Origin: Eledone cirrhosa
Lineage: Eukaryota
DNA: 64,000 bases
NCBI GenBank assembly: GCA_964016885.1
Contig: OZ024743.1
Coordinates: forward strand, 348,192,001-348,256,000
Direction of reading: 5' to 3'
Under the pieces are notes generated by a model. It was given only the letters and a program-made list of their open reading frames with translations, ran no database searches and was not told where the DNA came from. Of the stretch, positions 13,900-27,428 are shown one piece after another; the stretch's first letter is position 1, and each line of letters starts with the position of its first letter. Position numbers and translations under genes: made by a program.

Positions 13900-15346
13900 C
13901 AGTTGCATTTATCTTGCTTTATGTTCATACGAGTTATCACCAAGTCACAACCAGTGACCTCAAGAGACAACAAGGTCCGCCATGTTCAAGAAAGAACATA
14001 CATATTCACACATGCATCTTTAGTGTTTAGACTTGTGATGTACTTATATTGACAGAATCTTCCTTAGTATATGGGCAGTTCCCATTAGTACTATCTTTTG
14101 TATTTCTCCTATACGCGGGTTTCCTGGGATTTGCGATATGTAATCATTAGACCCCTTAGGTATCATTCCCAGAGCGCCTACAACCACTGGTATTGTTTTA
14201 GTTCTCAATTTCCACATTTTTCCAATTTCCATCTCCAGGTCCTTATGCTTGCTCAATTTTTCAAATGTTTTTATAGATACATTCTTGTCTATTGGAACAG
14301 ACATATCAATTAGCAGGCATACCCTCTTTTGAAAGTCTTTCAATATTATATCAGGTCTGTTTGCATCTATTTTTCGGTCTGTTTGGATGCTAAAGTTCCA
14401 CAAGATTGAGATGTGATCTTTTTCAAGTATGGGAGGTGGTTGATGCTCCCACCAATTCTTTTGATGGGGCAGGTCAAAATGCTTACACATTATCCAATGT
14501 ATGTATTGTGCAGCTCTGTCATGCCTGTTTAGGTATTCGGTTGGAGCTATAGGACTGCACATTGAAATTATGTGGTCAATGGTCTCTGGTTGTTTTTTGC
14601 ATACACGGCATAATGGGCTGCACCCATTTTTTATTATGTTGGCTTGGTAATTTTTTGTTGGCAGACACTGATCTTGTGCCGATATAATCAGTCCTTCAGT
14701 CTCCGATTTCAGTCCAGAGGATGCCAACCACTGATGGGTTAAAGTTTTGTCAACATCAGGATTGTTAGCTCGCTCTGGGTATTTTCCATACAGAGGCTTT
14801 TCTTGCCATTTCTTAGCCAGTTTCTGAAGCAGTTCTTTCTTTGCAGTTACTTTTACCTGCTTTGCTTTTTCTGTGTTTTTCATTTCAGCAGTAAATGAGA
14901 CTTCTGAAATTTGTAGTCCGTTACTGTATCTTTATGCATCTTTTGTAATGGAATATGATCTTTTGATGCTTTCGTGTTTCAAAACGAGTTTGATCATCCA
15001 ATCATGTGATTCCCTTAGATATGTAGATAATCCAATTGTTGCAGTTTTCAACGCAATGTCTAACTGGATTAACCCACGTCCTCCTTCTTTCCTAGGGAGA
15101 TATATTCTATCTATATCTGCCTTAGGGTGATGCATTCTGTGCATGGTTAAGAATTTTCGAATTTTTGTATCGAGCCTACGGATCTCTGTGCTTGACCATT
15201 TGATGACATTGTAACTGTAGGTTACTACTGGTATGGCAAGCGTGTTTATGGCATCGATCCTATTCCTTGCATTCAATTCCGTTCTTAAGATTGCTCTTAC
15301 TCTGCGGTAACATTCCTTCCTTATCCTTTCCCTCATTGTCGAGTGC
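13900..15346 (-). mobile_element. Second family of R4/Dong-type RLE element, 5'-truncated, little decayed
   Basis: ORF 14932-15336 (RLDTKIRK.LT...HHPKADIDRIYLPRKEGGRGL) and ORF 14044-14883 (CRVCK..PETIDHIISMC, RHD, NRPDII, LIDMSVP, IQKIVLMGTAHILRK). The 3' UTR differs from the neighbouring copies. Flanked by (TTA)n. Confidence 0.9.
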
Positions 15347-15399
<53 letters not shown>

Positions 15400-15608
15400 G
15401 GCGACCTACGTAGGAAATCGTATTATCGTGAGCACCGCAAAGGTTTGTTATTTCCGTTTGTTTAAAAATTGCCATTTATGGAAAATTTTATTGTAAACTG
15501 TTTATAAGCACACATACATTGTTTTCCGAAAAGGACACCCAAAAAGATTGGGGCCTTGTGCCCAAAATTTTAACTTTTATTATTATCCAAAAATTTCTTT
15601 GAAAAGAA

Positions 15609-17593
15609 ATGGCTAATTCCCCTCTGCACGAAGCAGCTGAAAGCCTTCCTCACAAAATAACACCTCACACCGACACCACCATTGTAAATGTTACTACGTT
15701 TGCCAACACAAAAAAAAATATAAGCAGTAGCAATATTTTAAATTTGTCTCAGGCAGACATTCATTTCCCGCCATTACCAATGACTGCAGGTGTTAAACCC
15801 TCCACCACCACCACCACCGCGACAACCACCACCACCACCACCACCACCGCGACAACAGAAACAAAAGAAGAAAAAAATAAATTAACTCGTGACGTCGAAA
15901 TGAAATCAAGCAAAATGGACTCTTCCCCACCAAAGACGACTGACGTCACCACCACAACTGAAAATAAAATTAATATCAACGATAGCAACAACAACAACAA
16001 TGACATTATAAAACCGACCCTCAGTTTCGCCACGTAGCAAAACAATTCGAAGCGTTCACGGTAACTCAAGAAGATTTAGAAAATGCCAAACAAATGGTAA
16101 GGAAAGATGGGTACAGGGTCAGCCTCACCCCCCCACCTAATAAAATGGAGCATCGGCGCCTGTGCACCGTGTCGTATAGAACAATAAATGTAAAATCGCG
16201 CCGAGTGGAACGGGCATCCGAGTCCCAAATCCAAAAAGCTTTGGGACATGTGTGGGCAAGAAAAACCCACATCAGACGTGGGCAAAAGTATGGAACCGTG
16301 GATGTGTTCTTTGAAACACCAGAGGAGGCTAGAGAACACTCCATGGCCCCATTAAAAAGTGACGACTTCACACTCGTCCCAAGCTATTGTGGCCAGAGAC
16401 TCGTAAAGATCAGGGTGACCCATGTTCCACCGGCCATCGAAATTCCCTGGCTAATAGCGGCTGTCATCGCCGGCATCGAGGCCAACACGAAAATAATAAC
16501 AATAGCAAAAGAAAAGCAGGAAAACTGGTCCGGATCTGGGATGGAGCTCCTGATCCAAGCGGACCAAAAAAGCATTGAGGAGATCCCAGAGGTAATAGAC
16601 CTCACTGACGGCAGCCACCTCACGGTAATTGTCGAGGGCAGAAGACCTAGGTGTGTCGTTTGTGGTGAAGGAACCCACCTAAGGGCTTTCTGCCCTCAGG
16701 CTAAAAGGTTGAGGCCACCTCTCCTACCCACCCCAGTGACACAACCATCAACACCACCAGTAGCAGAGATGGCAGCAACAACTGTAGCAGCAACAACAGA
16801 AGCAACTATAACAGCAACAACCCCAGCAACAGTAGCAAAACCAACACCACTACCACCACCAGCAAAACCAACACCACCACCACCCAACGCTTCAGAACTA
16901 GCACCAGCGCCTACACCATCCACCACACCACAACCAAAACTAACGGCTGTGGAGGATTTTCCACTCCCCGGCCTATCACAACTGGAGACAGATTGTGACG
17001 ACGAGGAGTGGGAAACGATATCCGGAAAAAAAAAAAGAAACCAAAAAAGAAAAAATTCTCTTCCTTCCCCCTCCAAAAACAAAATACAGAGGGAAACAAA
17101 TAAACTAAGAAACAAAAAAGTTAGGACAGATATGCCACCATCCACACCAGCATCACCAACCCCATCAACCCAAACACCAACACCATCACCATCATTAACT
17201 CCAACACCACCATCACCTACACCACAAAAGTCACCAAAATGCGAAATAGAAACAAACCCACAACAAACGCAAACAAAACAAAACAACCAAAACGATACAC
17301 ACTACACAGCATTAAATTTGAACAACAAGCAATTATTACACTACATCCAACACAACACCAGCATCACAGAAAAAGACTACACAACAACCCCAAAATTCAC
17401 ACCACCTCCACACATACAAATCACTCGCATCACACAGAAAACGTACATGACACTAAAACAAAAATTCCCCAAAGACATCGGAGACTTCCGACAAGCACTC
17501 TCCAGGAGGATTTATAAGGACATCCTTCCTGAGGAGGCCACAAGCAGTGAAAAGGATGGAAAAGCCGTCCTTCCCCTACGAGAAGTAAGGTAA
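15609..17593 (+). CDS. LINE ORF1 (gag-like nucleic-acid-binding protein with zinc knuckle), one frameshift near 16033
   Basis: CVVCGEGTHLRAFC fits CX2CX4HX4C; EEWETISGKKKRNQKRK basic patch; Pro/Thr-rich tail. ORFs 15609-16037 and 16094-17593 join as ...SFAT/VAKQFEAF... if 1 nt is restored. Confidence 0.8.
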
Positions 17594-17627
17594 GTGGTCT
17601 TTCCCATCTTTTCCACTCCTTTTCAAC

Positions 17628-20600
17628 ATGACCTCACTCAGAATAGGCAGCATAAATGCGCGTGGCTTGGGGTCGTCATGGAAGCAGGGCCACCTGCTCA
17701 ACGACCTCAGGTCACTAAACATAGATGTAGTGGCCATCAGCGAGACCAGAATCTCCGAAGCACAGGCTTTCGCACCGATCTTCGGCGGCTACGATGTGTA
17801 CGCATCTCCCAGCCGTCCGGGATCGGGGGGAGGAGTTGCTGTGCTTTTTCGGAGAGGTTTGGATCTTGCCATACGGGCCATCTTCCTGGACCCAGAAGGT
17901 AAGTTGGTGGTGCTGGACGTGACCAGCGGAGACGGGCAAGCTTTCAGGTTAGTGGCCGTCTATGCCCCGACAGGAGCAGGGCGGCCTGATTTCTTCCGGC
18001 GTCTGGAGACCTTTCTTGGAACGTCCCGCTCTTTAGTGTTAGTGGGCGACTGGAACGGGATCTTAGATGCACGCTGGGATTGTGTGGGATTAGTGGATAG
18101 GGAAGGAGGGTGCAAGAGTCTCACCAACCTGCTCAGACGTTTTGAACTGTCTGACAGGTACCGAATGGATTTCCCGAATGTACCAATGTGGACTTGGACA
18201 AATCGCATAGGGTCATCCAGATCATATCTAGATAGAGTATTTTGTAGGGAAATAGATAGGTCTAGCATAGGCTGTCCACAATTCAAGATAGTCAGCTACA
18301 CGGACCACAAATTCGTGATCTGTGTGCTTGACTTAGATAGGCTTCTTAGACGAGGACCCGGCTACTGGAAGCTAAACGCGTCCTTACAGCGCGCAAGGCC
18401 TACAGAGACCGGATTAGCGAACTAGTTAAGCGGGCGTTGACGGGGGCCATCGTCAACAACAAGTGGTGGTTTGCTCTGAAAAGAGCAATTAGAATAGAGT
18501 CCATTAGGTTTAGTAAGACTTTAGCAATAGAGAAAAATAGAGCAGAGGGAGAATTAGTTAGAAAATTAGATGAGGCGCTTAGCAAAGGCATCGCGACCGA
18601 CGTACTTGCGGCGAAATTGGCCCTTGACCAATTCTTCAATGCAAAGCACGAAGGCTGCGTTGTCAGAGCTAGGGTGCGTGCTCTCAGACACGAGGGGACG
18701 AAAGCCGTTCAATGGGCCCGAGTGGCGGAGGCGCGTCGTGGCAACAAAGCCACGATCCGGTCTTTGGTGGACCACGACGGGCGCATGCTACTCGATCCCG
18801 GGCAAATGTGTGTAGCTTTTCAGCGACACTTCGCTCAACTGTTCGGGGGCAGTGGCGGGCCGGATCGAGGGATGGACTTTAGTGTCTACCTCGATGGACT
18901 GCCGCGGCTTTCGGCCACTGAGGCGGAGTGTTGCGAAAAGCCGATAACAACCGCTGAAGTACGGGATGCAATGACTAGTTGCACAAGGGGTAAATCGCCT
19001 GGTTTGGATGGTCTGCCCTATGAACTTTACGTACAAATGCCAAACTTGTTCGGAGGCCTCTTGGCGGACGTCTACTGCAACTGGCAACAGAACGGGAGAA
19101 TTCCCAGCTCTGTGAGCCGAGGAGCGGTGGCGCTGCTGAGAAAGGATCCGAACAAGGGGGATAACATAGATAATTTTAGGCCCATAACTCTGCTAAACAC
19201 AGAGTTCAAGATTTTGGCCAAGGTGCTAGCAAAGAGGTTGGCGCTTGTCGTTGGTGGTCTGGTGGGAGAGGCACAGACATGCGCCATTCCCGACAGATCC
19301 ATCCACGACAACCTCCACCTCATGCGATACATCGTAGAGAGGGTAGCTAGGGAACCTGGCACGGGTGGGTCTTTGATCAATTTAGATCAGTCGAAAGCCT
19401 TCGATAGGGTCGACCATCGTTACCTAACGGCAGTCCTGAGGGCGGCTGGCTTTGGGCCCGTCTTCAGAGGCTGGATCGCTGCCATGCACAGCGACATCTG
19501 CTCTGTAGTGAGAGTGAACGGTCACCTTTCGGAACCGTTCAACATCATGCGCTCGGTCCGCCAAGGATGCCCCCTCTCGTCCCTATTGTACGTATTGACT
19601 CTCGAGCCATTACTGCACAAACTGGAGACGTTGAGGGGGGTCCCGCGCGAACTAGGATGCGGAAGATCCGTGTCAGCATATGCCGACGATGTCACCGTAG
19701 TGGTGTCGAACGCCAAACACATCGAGGCGATCGGCACTACACTAAGAGAATACGAAGCGGTGACAGGAGCAATGATCAACCAGGAAAAGTCAGTGGGCCT
19801 GCAGCTCGGCACCTGGAGAGGCAGGTCCATGCCGTCCAACAGCGTCGTCGGCGCTGGACGGACGGACCGGTTAAATTGCTGGGGGTCTGGTTCTGTCCAG
19901 ACCTCCAGACGGACAAAAACTGGGACGAGGTGACGAGTAGGGTGGCTTCTCTCACCCAGAAATGGGCGGAGAGGAAGCTATCCCTGAAAGGTCGAGCGGA
20001 GGTGGCGAATGCGTACATCGCATCCGTCATCTACTACCGCCTGACCGTCGTACCTTGTCCTAAGCCCCGCCTGACTGCGCTGGAGCGTTTGCTCTTTCGC
20101 TTCTTGTGGAAGGGACGCGCTCCGATGGTCAGGCGGTCCATCTGCTGTCAACACCCGCTACGTGGAGGGCTGGGCATGCCGTGGCTGATGATGCGCAGAC
20201 ACGCGCTCAGGCTACGACATCTCCACCTCTTCCTCGACGGTGATCAGGTGTGGTCGCCGTTTGCAAGACACGTTATCCCCAGCTCGTCTCCTTGACGGAG
20301 CTGCAGTCCTGGGTCAAGCGAAGACCGAGAGGGAGCGCTTGGAGACTGGAATGTCTTCAGGCGCTCACAGCCCTCGACCAATCGGGCAATGTGATCGGTG
20401 GAAACTCCACCTTGGCGTTCTATAGGGGATTAGTGGAGGGGAAGAGCGACGACGTACTTGGAGAAACTCTAGGCGTCGACGAAAATCAACTAGCCAATCT
20501 CTTCGGAAGGACTTTCGGGCCGGGGCCTATGGACAACTTCCAGAAATCCCTGGCCTGGCAGTGCTACCGAGGAGCTTTGCCAGTTCGGGATAAACTCTAC

Positions 20601-21044
20601 AGGCATGGAGGTGCCGTCAGCCGGGCATGTCCGAGATGCGCGCAGGGCGACGAAACCGTCCTGCACGCACTCGTCCAGTGTCCGAGCATTGCTGACTTGT
20701 GGGTTTATGTCGAACACCTGCTGTCACGTGTAGGACGGATCCAGCTATCAGCTGAGTCCATCGTGAGGATTGCCCCGCCCCCTTCCTTTAGCCTGGAAGG
20801 GCAGGCAGTTTTTATCTGTCTGGTGGCCATAGCGAAAGAGATAGTATGGTGGACACGTTTGAAAGGGCTGAAGACGAGCACTTACCTCTTCGGTGATGCC
20901 CTGATTAACTTTTTCAAATTTCATTTGAAAAGGAAAATCAGGGTAGAGAGGGAAGTGCTCTCTTCCCAGCATTTAGTTGAAAGATGGGTGAGAGAAGCAA
21001 GTATGGCCCGAATGAATGGGCCTTCTCTGAGTATGTGTCTGTAA
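17628..21044 (+). CDS. LINE ORF2 (apurinic endonuclease + reverse transcriptase + zinc finger), split by three frameshifts (~18390, ~19850, ~20272)
   Basis: APE: SINARGL, ISETR, AVYAP, VGDWN, YLDRVF, TDHK, GPGYWKLN. RT: KSPGLDG, FRPITLLN, DQSKAFDRVDH, VRQGCPLS, YADDV. Tx1-typical LSLKGR and GGLG. C-terminal CPRC...ETVLHALVQC. Confidence 0.9.
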
Positions 21045-21286
21045 ATTAAAGGTGGAAAACTGGGAGAGGGCACTTGCCCTGGTGGTCAGGGCCACTGTGG
21101 TCTTTTAATGGGCTTTCTCCACAAATGTCCCTTGGAAGTCTCCCCCCTATTGGGGAATTTTTCTTTGTTATTTCATTTCAACCTCTGTTTTTTTACACGC
21201 AGAAATGCCCATTTGTACCGTCCTGTATTGTCCTGCACTGTCCTTAATGTCTACTTTATGTAAACCCTTGTGGTTAATAAAGAAAA

Positions 21287-21331
<45 letters not shown>

Positions 21332-21916
21332 CATCATCATTTTTCCACGTCATGCTAAATATTTCTCCAATAATCCAACATCCATCTAAACGTTCGCCTT
21401 AGCATACCATCTTTCCAGAAAAAAAAAAAGTTTAATTCTTCCGTTAATTCTTCTTTACTCTTTAATTATTTACATGTTAGAAAGACACTGACGTCGGTAA
21501 CTGTTGAGAAATAAAGTAAAATAAACTTATAAAATGAGATAATACGAAGTTGTAATGAAAATCAATAGATAAGAAGACAGTGAAGATATTAAATAAAATC
21601 CTCAACACATATACATATACACCACCAAACACATAGACACGACCATCATGCTTTTCATCGGTAGAATCATCTGTTCCGATTAGAGCAGATCTGTTTATAA
21701 CAATATATGCCAAACTTTCAGTGTTATCTGATGGAGTTTTACTTAATTCTGTTTTTAAATAGCTCAAGAAATTTCGTTTCAACTTAACAATACACAATGA
21801 GTTCCATTCATGTGTACACACACAGACATGCGCACGCACAAATACAGAAACACACACATATACAAACGCGTTGATATACACACACGTATCCACATGCACT
21901 TAAATATACACAATAA

Positions 21917-21997
<81 letters not shown>

Positions 21998-22066
21998 CGT
22001 CTCATATATGCTTATGTTTGTTTATACATACTTATACAAGTATATATATTTATACATACACACACG

Positions 22067-22114
<48 letters not shown>

Positions 22115-22940
22115 GCACATATATATATATGTATTTATTTATTAATATGAAAAGAAAAACATATGTATGTGTGGCTATACACATGAACGAATAAGTTAGT
22201 ATGTGTGTATTTATTAGTGTATGTCTGCGGATGCATGTGGATATAAGTCATTAACTGTAAAGAAAATGCAAAGATTTTCTCTGGAAACCTGCACTTTTGA
22301 GGAAAAATCATTAAAATGTTTTATCCACAATGAAAACGTCATATGTAAATTATAGCCAACGTTAGTTAAACTCAGAATGATAAATCTAAATACTGGACGG
22401 GGTTCATAACAACCAACCGACGCATTGGTTTTTAACTCATCATAGTTGGTGTTGAAATTTCTTTTTAGATTTAAATCAGAACATATTTGTACTGGTTAAA
22501 CAGAGATTACATTGGTAATCTCTTTTTACACAATGTTGAATTAAGCCTACTGATGAATGCCACCGGAGATTGTTGATAGTTTTTCATTATTTTCTAGACA
22601 GAGTAAACGACTCCTAACCGCTTGCCTATAGGGACGGCCATCCAGTATGATAACATAAGGAATAGAATACTTGATAGTAGCACATCATAATATTGTCTAC
22701 TTACTGTCTTGTGCTCCAAACCCTAATGATTACTGAAAATCTGACAGTAGTCTCCTCTTTCATCACAAGACTGATTTGGGTCTGCGTTTACAATCCCCTG
22801 CCTGTCTTTTTGTAGTGATGGAGAAATTATAGAAACTGTAGAATATTGGAATATTCTTAAGTAAAAAATGTTATGCCACACAAAAGGGAAGCTAGAGATT
22901 GCAGATTTTTCACGAATAGGCTCTTACTTTAAAGAGATTA

Positions 22941-23982
22941 CTAGCAGTAAAGCCCGGCGTTGCTCGGGGTCGCTCAGTAGCTGTGTTAAAGTTACAATGT
23001 TAAGTTTCTTTTTTGGCTTAAAAACTGTAGTGTCTACTGTGCAGACTTGCATGTGGTGTTTTTGATTAATATTCCCTCAACCAACAATATTCCTTATGAA
23101 GTTAAGAAAACATAACGATAACCCGAATGTTATAACAAAAGAGGATGCTGGGGATAAAAACTGCACTGGTTATTTATTAACAAAGATCGAAAATGTAAAC
23201 ACTGCAACGCAGAGAAAAACATTAGCGTAACCAAATTATCAGTTATGTCTGTCTGCACGCCTATATCACCTCTTCGCTAGGGCTCAATGTACAAGTATAG
23301 CAATTTCGGTGCAATTCCGTGAGAGATTCTAAGAGGAGATGTGTGCCAAAAATCGATAGACAGACAGACAACCTCAGTTTTATATATATATAGATGTCTG
23401 TCTGCACGCCTATATCACCTCTCTGCACGACTGTCTGTCTGCACGCCTATATCACCTCTCTGCACGACTGTCTGTCTGCACGCCTATATCACCTCTCTGC
23501 ACGACTGTCTGTCTGCACGCCTATATCACCTCTCTGCACGACTATCTGTCTGCACGCGTATATCACCTCTCTGCACGACTATCTGTCTGCACGCGTATAT
23601 CACCTCTCTGCACGACTGTCTGTCTGCACGACTGTCTGTCTGCACGCCTAACGAAATTTACAGATACATCTGTTTGTGTATTGTGTTAATGTCATTTTAA
23701 ACGCTGAGAAAGCCAGCGTAATTTTTTTAATTTTTGCACGCAGACGCTCAATGTAAACAGAACAAAGGGAAATAACTGATCACTTACGCTCAAAAATCGA
23801 TACATTATATTCGATTTCGTCAGATAGGGCGGGTCAATTTGAAATATTTTTTTTCCGATGTCTTCGCTAGGGCTCAATGTACAAGTATAGCAATTCCGGT
23901 GCAATTCCGTGAGAGATTCTAAGAGGAGCTGTGTGCCAAAAATCGATAGACAGACAGACAACCTCAGTTTTATATATATAGA
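22941..23982 (-). mobile_element. Non-autonomous Helitron
   Basis: The minus strand starts A|TCTATATATATAAAA (23982) and ends with the hairpin CCCGAGCAACGCCGGG, an 8-nt spacer and CTAG|T (22941). These are canonical TC...hairpin-CTAG ends inserted between A and T. Confidence 0.8.
23395..23650. repeat. 37-bp minisatellite (~6.5 copies) inside the Helitron
   Basis: Unit TGTCTGTCTGCACGCCTATATCACCTCTCTGCACGAC; a partial unit also occurs at 23246. Confidence 0.95.
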
Positions 23983-24257
23983 TTAACATTACGTTGATCC
24001 TAAAGACGAGCACTTTTATGTATACTATAATGTTAGACGTAGAATAAGATGAACCATATTTTAGTGAGTTTATATAAAATGTAGTTGACATAATATGTTT
24101 ATATAAAAGCCTGTCATTTTCGTTCTACTAATTTATTTACATTATTCTTAACTCTGAAGCTGAGAATAATTCGGTTTCCTAAATAGAATATTAGTCTACG
24201 ACTCACTTGTAGATAAATATCGAGGAGGAAAAATATGAGGCAATATTAGATGACAAA

Positions 24258-24376
24258 TAATTGTTTCTACTTTTGGCACAAGGCCAACAATTACCCAGTA
24301 CATTACTGGTACTTTATTTTATTGACCCCGTAAGGATGAAAGGCAAAGTTAACCTCGGCAGGATTTGAACTCAGAT
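24258..24376 (-). mobile_element. tRNA-derived SINE copy
   Basis: Near-identical to 1310-1430 and 63918-64000. Confidence 0.8.
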
Positions 24377-24639
24377 CAGAGAGGGGCGTAACCTTCGACA
24401 AATAATGACTGATGTTCATGTCATAAGTCTATTGACAGGAGAAGAAATATCTCCCCAGAGTATGTGGAACTGAAAATTACTCTGATGATTTGGGTTAGAA
24501 TACAGAAGCTGACGCTTATGCGTCGTTTCACTGTAGTTTGGATAGAGTGATTCTTTCTCTTTTCTAAACCTATCGACATATATTGTATTAATTTTTTTGC
24601 CCCAAATATGATTATATATATATATATATATATTATTAT

Positions 24640-25340
24640 TCTTTACATGATTATCGTTTCATTTCAACTGTCTCCCGTTTCTCAAAACGCGACCCAAGGC
24701 ACGTATAAAAAGCGACACATGACACGTATAGATGGATAGAAACTTATGAGAAGTGGGCGGTTGAATGCAACACAATTTTTTAACCTTGTAAATAGTTGAT
24801 TTTCCAGGGATCTCATTAAATAATTTGTCGGTACTTTTCCTGATGAATCCCAGAGCAGCCGCAACAAAAGGGAGGCCTTTGGTTTTTAATTGCCACATCC
24901 AAGACATCTCAAACTCAAGGTGCTTGTATTTATAGATAGTTGCTCGATTTCTTTTGCTGAGATATTTCTATCGGTAGACACTTTCATATCAATTAACAGC
25001 TTTTTTTTGTCTTAGGTCTTTGAATTATCTTGATGGTGTTAGTAGATATTGACCATATTAAAGTAATTTGAACTTCAAGTCATTTATTTTATTATGCTTT
25101 GAATTCCGTGCCCGACTGTGTTGCGTCACAGTCATCAAACATATTTTCTGGTATAGGCTGATTTCATTTATTGGACTTCAGATAGTTTTGTTTTTTACAT
25201 TAACCAGGGAATCTAGATACACGATTGGCCATAATGTTTTTATACTATTCCTTTTGCAGGTGCTCACTATATGGATATCATTTTCTGTATTAATTCCACG
25301 CAGACGCCACTTCATAATTTCACCAAGTGATATATCTCTT
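24640..25340 (-). pseudogene. Old degenerate R4/Dong-type RLE fragment
   Basis: MWQLKTK.LPFV.AALG.I.K...EIPG; LLIDMKVSTDRNIS; remnant of the CCHC region (ENDIHIVSTC). Resembles 14044-14883. Confidence 0.65.
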
Positions 25341-25649
25341 CATCCATCGACTTACTACTGAAAACTTGTTCCTGGACTAAGACCATTCACGTTTAACCTC
25401 CTTTTTCAGATTACTGCAGGAGAGCCAATCCTAAAATGTTTCATTTATAACTCAGATTATTTCTGTTAGCAATGGTTATGCAATAACTTTCCAGCAACTG
25501 TTTCTCTTTACCCCGTAGAAACTCGTTTCTTAAACACTTAATTACTCTCCATATTTTCTGTTTAACCCCTATTACTGCTGAGGCATACAATATTATTATT
25601 TCGTTTCTATTTCTTAGAGTATAACTAATGATTCACCTCTCATTCTTCA

Positions 25650-27260
25650 CACACATATCAGCCCTCTTCCCCCAAAGTTAGCACGGTGAGGAGGGGATTT
25701 TCGGACATCTTGTAGTATTAAAATCAAAACCTGTCAAAGGATGGAGGAACTCATATGATTCAGCAGCCACGGCCATTGATAAGTTTTCTGAAGGTTGGAA
25801 ACTCTGGGAGAAAACCTGATGATAAATCAGTCGCTGGTCGTCCTAACCTATAATGACCCATCGGCCTTTCTTGTTGGTTTTGTTTGAAAAGCCACGTCCA
25901 ATTTAACCTATTTCTCTGAAAGGGAGATCTTAGAAGTTGGGTTGATAACATTTTATTCAAAAGACCTAATGCAATCATCAGAGCTGTGATATATACAGGC
26001 CTATCAAGCTGTAATAGTAATTCCCACTCTTAGGCAACTTGAGTTATTGTTCCTTTTTTCTTCATACATAGGCAATGGTAGGACTCGGCAGCCCTCATAT
26101 GACTGAGCAGCTATTTACAGGGATAGTACTGCTCACCTGCTAGCGAGGAAAACAGTAAAGTTGGTCTAAAAATGTTTACCTATACATAAGCTGACGAGCA
26201 ACTTGTGGTTGGCGGTTGTTCACCAATGCAGGAAAAAGACTTGTAATGAAAATGAAATGACAACAATGGACAGAATATATTTTAAATGACATCTTTGAAA
26301 ATTTGCGTCCAGGAACGGCGCATGCCATTGGATTTATCAGCCTCAAATCCTCCTGAATGTCGAACTGCTCTTATCTGTAAAGTCTTCAATCGGTACCAAC
26401 TCGATATTGACACTCTCTCTGAAACACAACTACTTGAAGATGGCCGGCTAGACAAACTAGACTATTCAAAGTTTGGCTAGAAAATGAGCGTCGTAAAACC
26501 GGAGACGGTTTTGTTTTAAAAAAACCTCCCTGGTACAACATCTGAAGAGTTTCCGTATGGTATCTCCGATAGGATTCTGGCACTTTGTTTGTTGCTACAT
26601 TTTAACCAATTCATGACTTTGGTCAGTGTGTATACTCCAACACATGTAAATCTCCGAGATGAAATGGAAAAATGTTATGCCGATCTGCGAATATGTTCCA
26701 CCCAACACACTCTGTTCCCCATTAAGGTCAAAGAATGGAAACGAAGTGTTGTGTAAACCTAATGAAATTAAGACAAGATCACGTGAACGCTTTAATTACC
26801 GCCTAGGTCAGATATCTCGCGTTCATCCCGACGTCATTGTGGCCATCGAGCAGGCTCCGTCATTTAAAGGCCTGATGATCCTCCAGCATTGGAAGAATTT
26901 ACGATTGCAGCGAGTTGAATGAATACGGGCAAATAAGATGGTATAAGCATTAAAAGAATGAAACAATGTGTTGTCCTGATGTAAACGATCTCCTGCATAA
27001 TATATAGTACCAGGTTTCGTTTAAGGAAGCAGTTGCACTGGAATGGAAGGATGCTATTTACGTCTCCCTCTTCAAGAAGGGACATAATGATAGTTGTGAC
27101 AACTAAGATTGGTTCTCTTTACTTTGTCGGTAAAATCATTGCCAGGATTAGTCATAATCGTCTGGAGATGAACATTGTATCTAACGTTGTCAGAATCTCG
27201 GTGTGGTTTCCTCTATATCGGAGCACTGCAGATATGATCTTCACAGCATCGACATGAGGA
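25650..27260 (+). pseudogene. Heavily decayed RTE (BovB-like) LINE with 5' UTR
   Basis: PECRTALI.....RYQLDI.TLSET (APE start; compare PERRTAL...RY..DIAALSET), GKIIARI..NRL, RSTADMIFTA. Confidence 0.7.
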
Positions 27261-27297
27261 GTAACAAAACATTTACACACACACTCTGACACACACG

Positions 27298-27428
<131 letters not shown>

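Larger units (their letters stand above)
15400..21287 (+). mobile_element. Full-length Tx1/L1-clade LINE inserted in an (ATT)n array
   Basis: 5' UTR, ORF1 with CCHC knuckle, ORF2 APE-RT-ZnF, 3' UTR with AATAAA at 21276. (ATT)n lies immediately at both ends (15347-15399 and 21288-21330). Confidence 0.92.

Noticed and set aside
16696-17286. 196-aa antisense ORF within Tx1 ORF1
   Set aside because: Shadow of the A/C-rich Pro/Thr-coding strand; low complexity with no independent evidence.
23395-23650. Regular 37-bp repeats as a CRISPR array
   Set aside because: Contiguous tandem units with no unique spacers, in a eukaryotic context with no cas genes.
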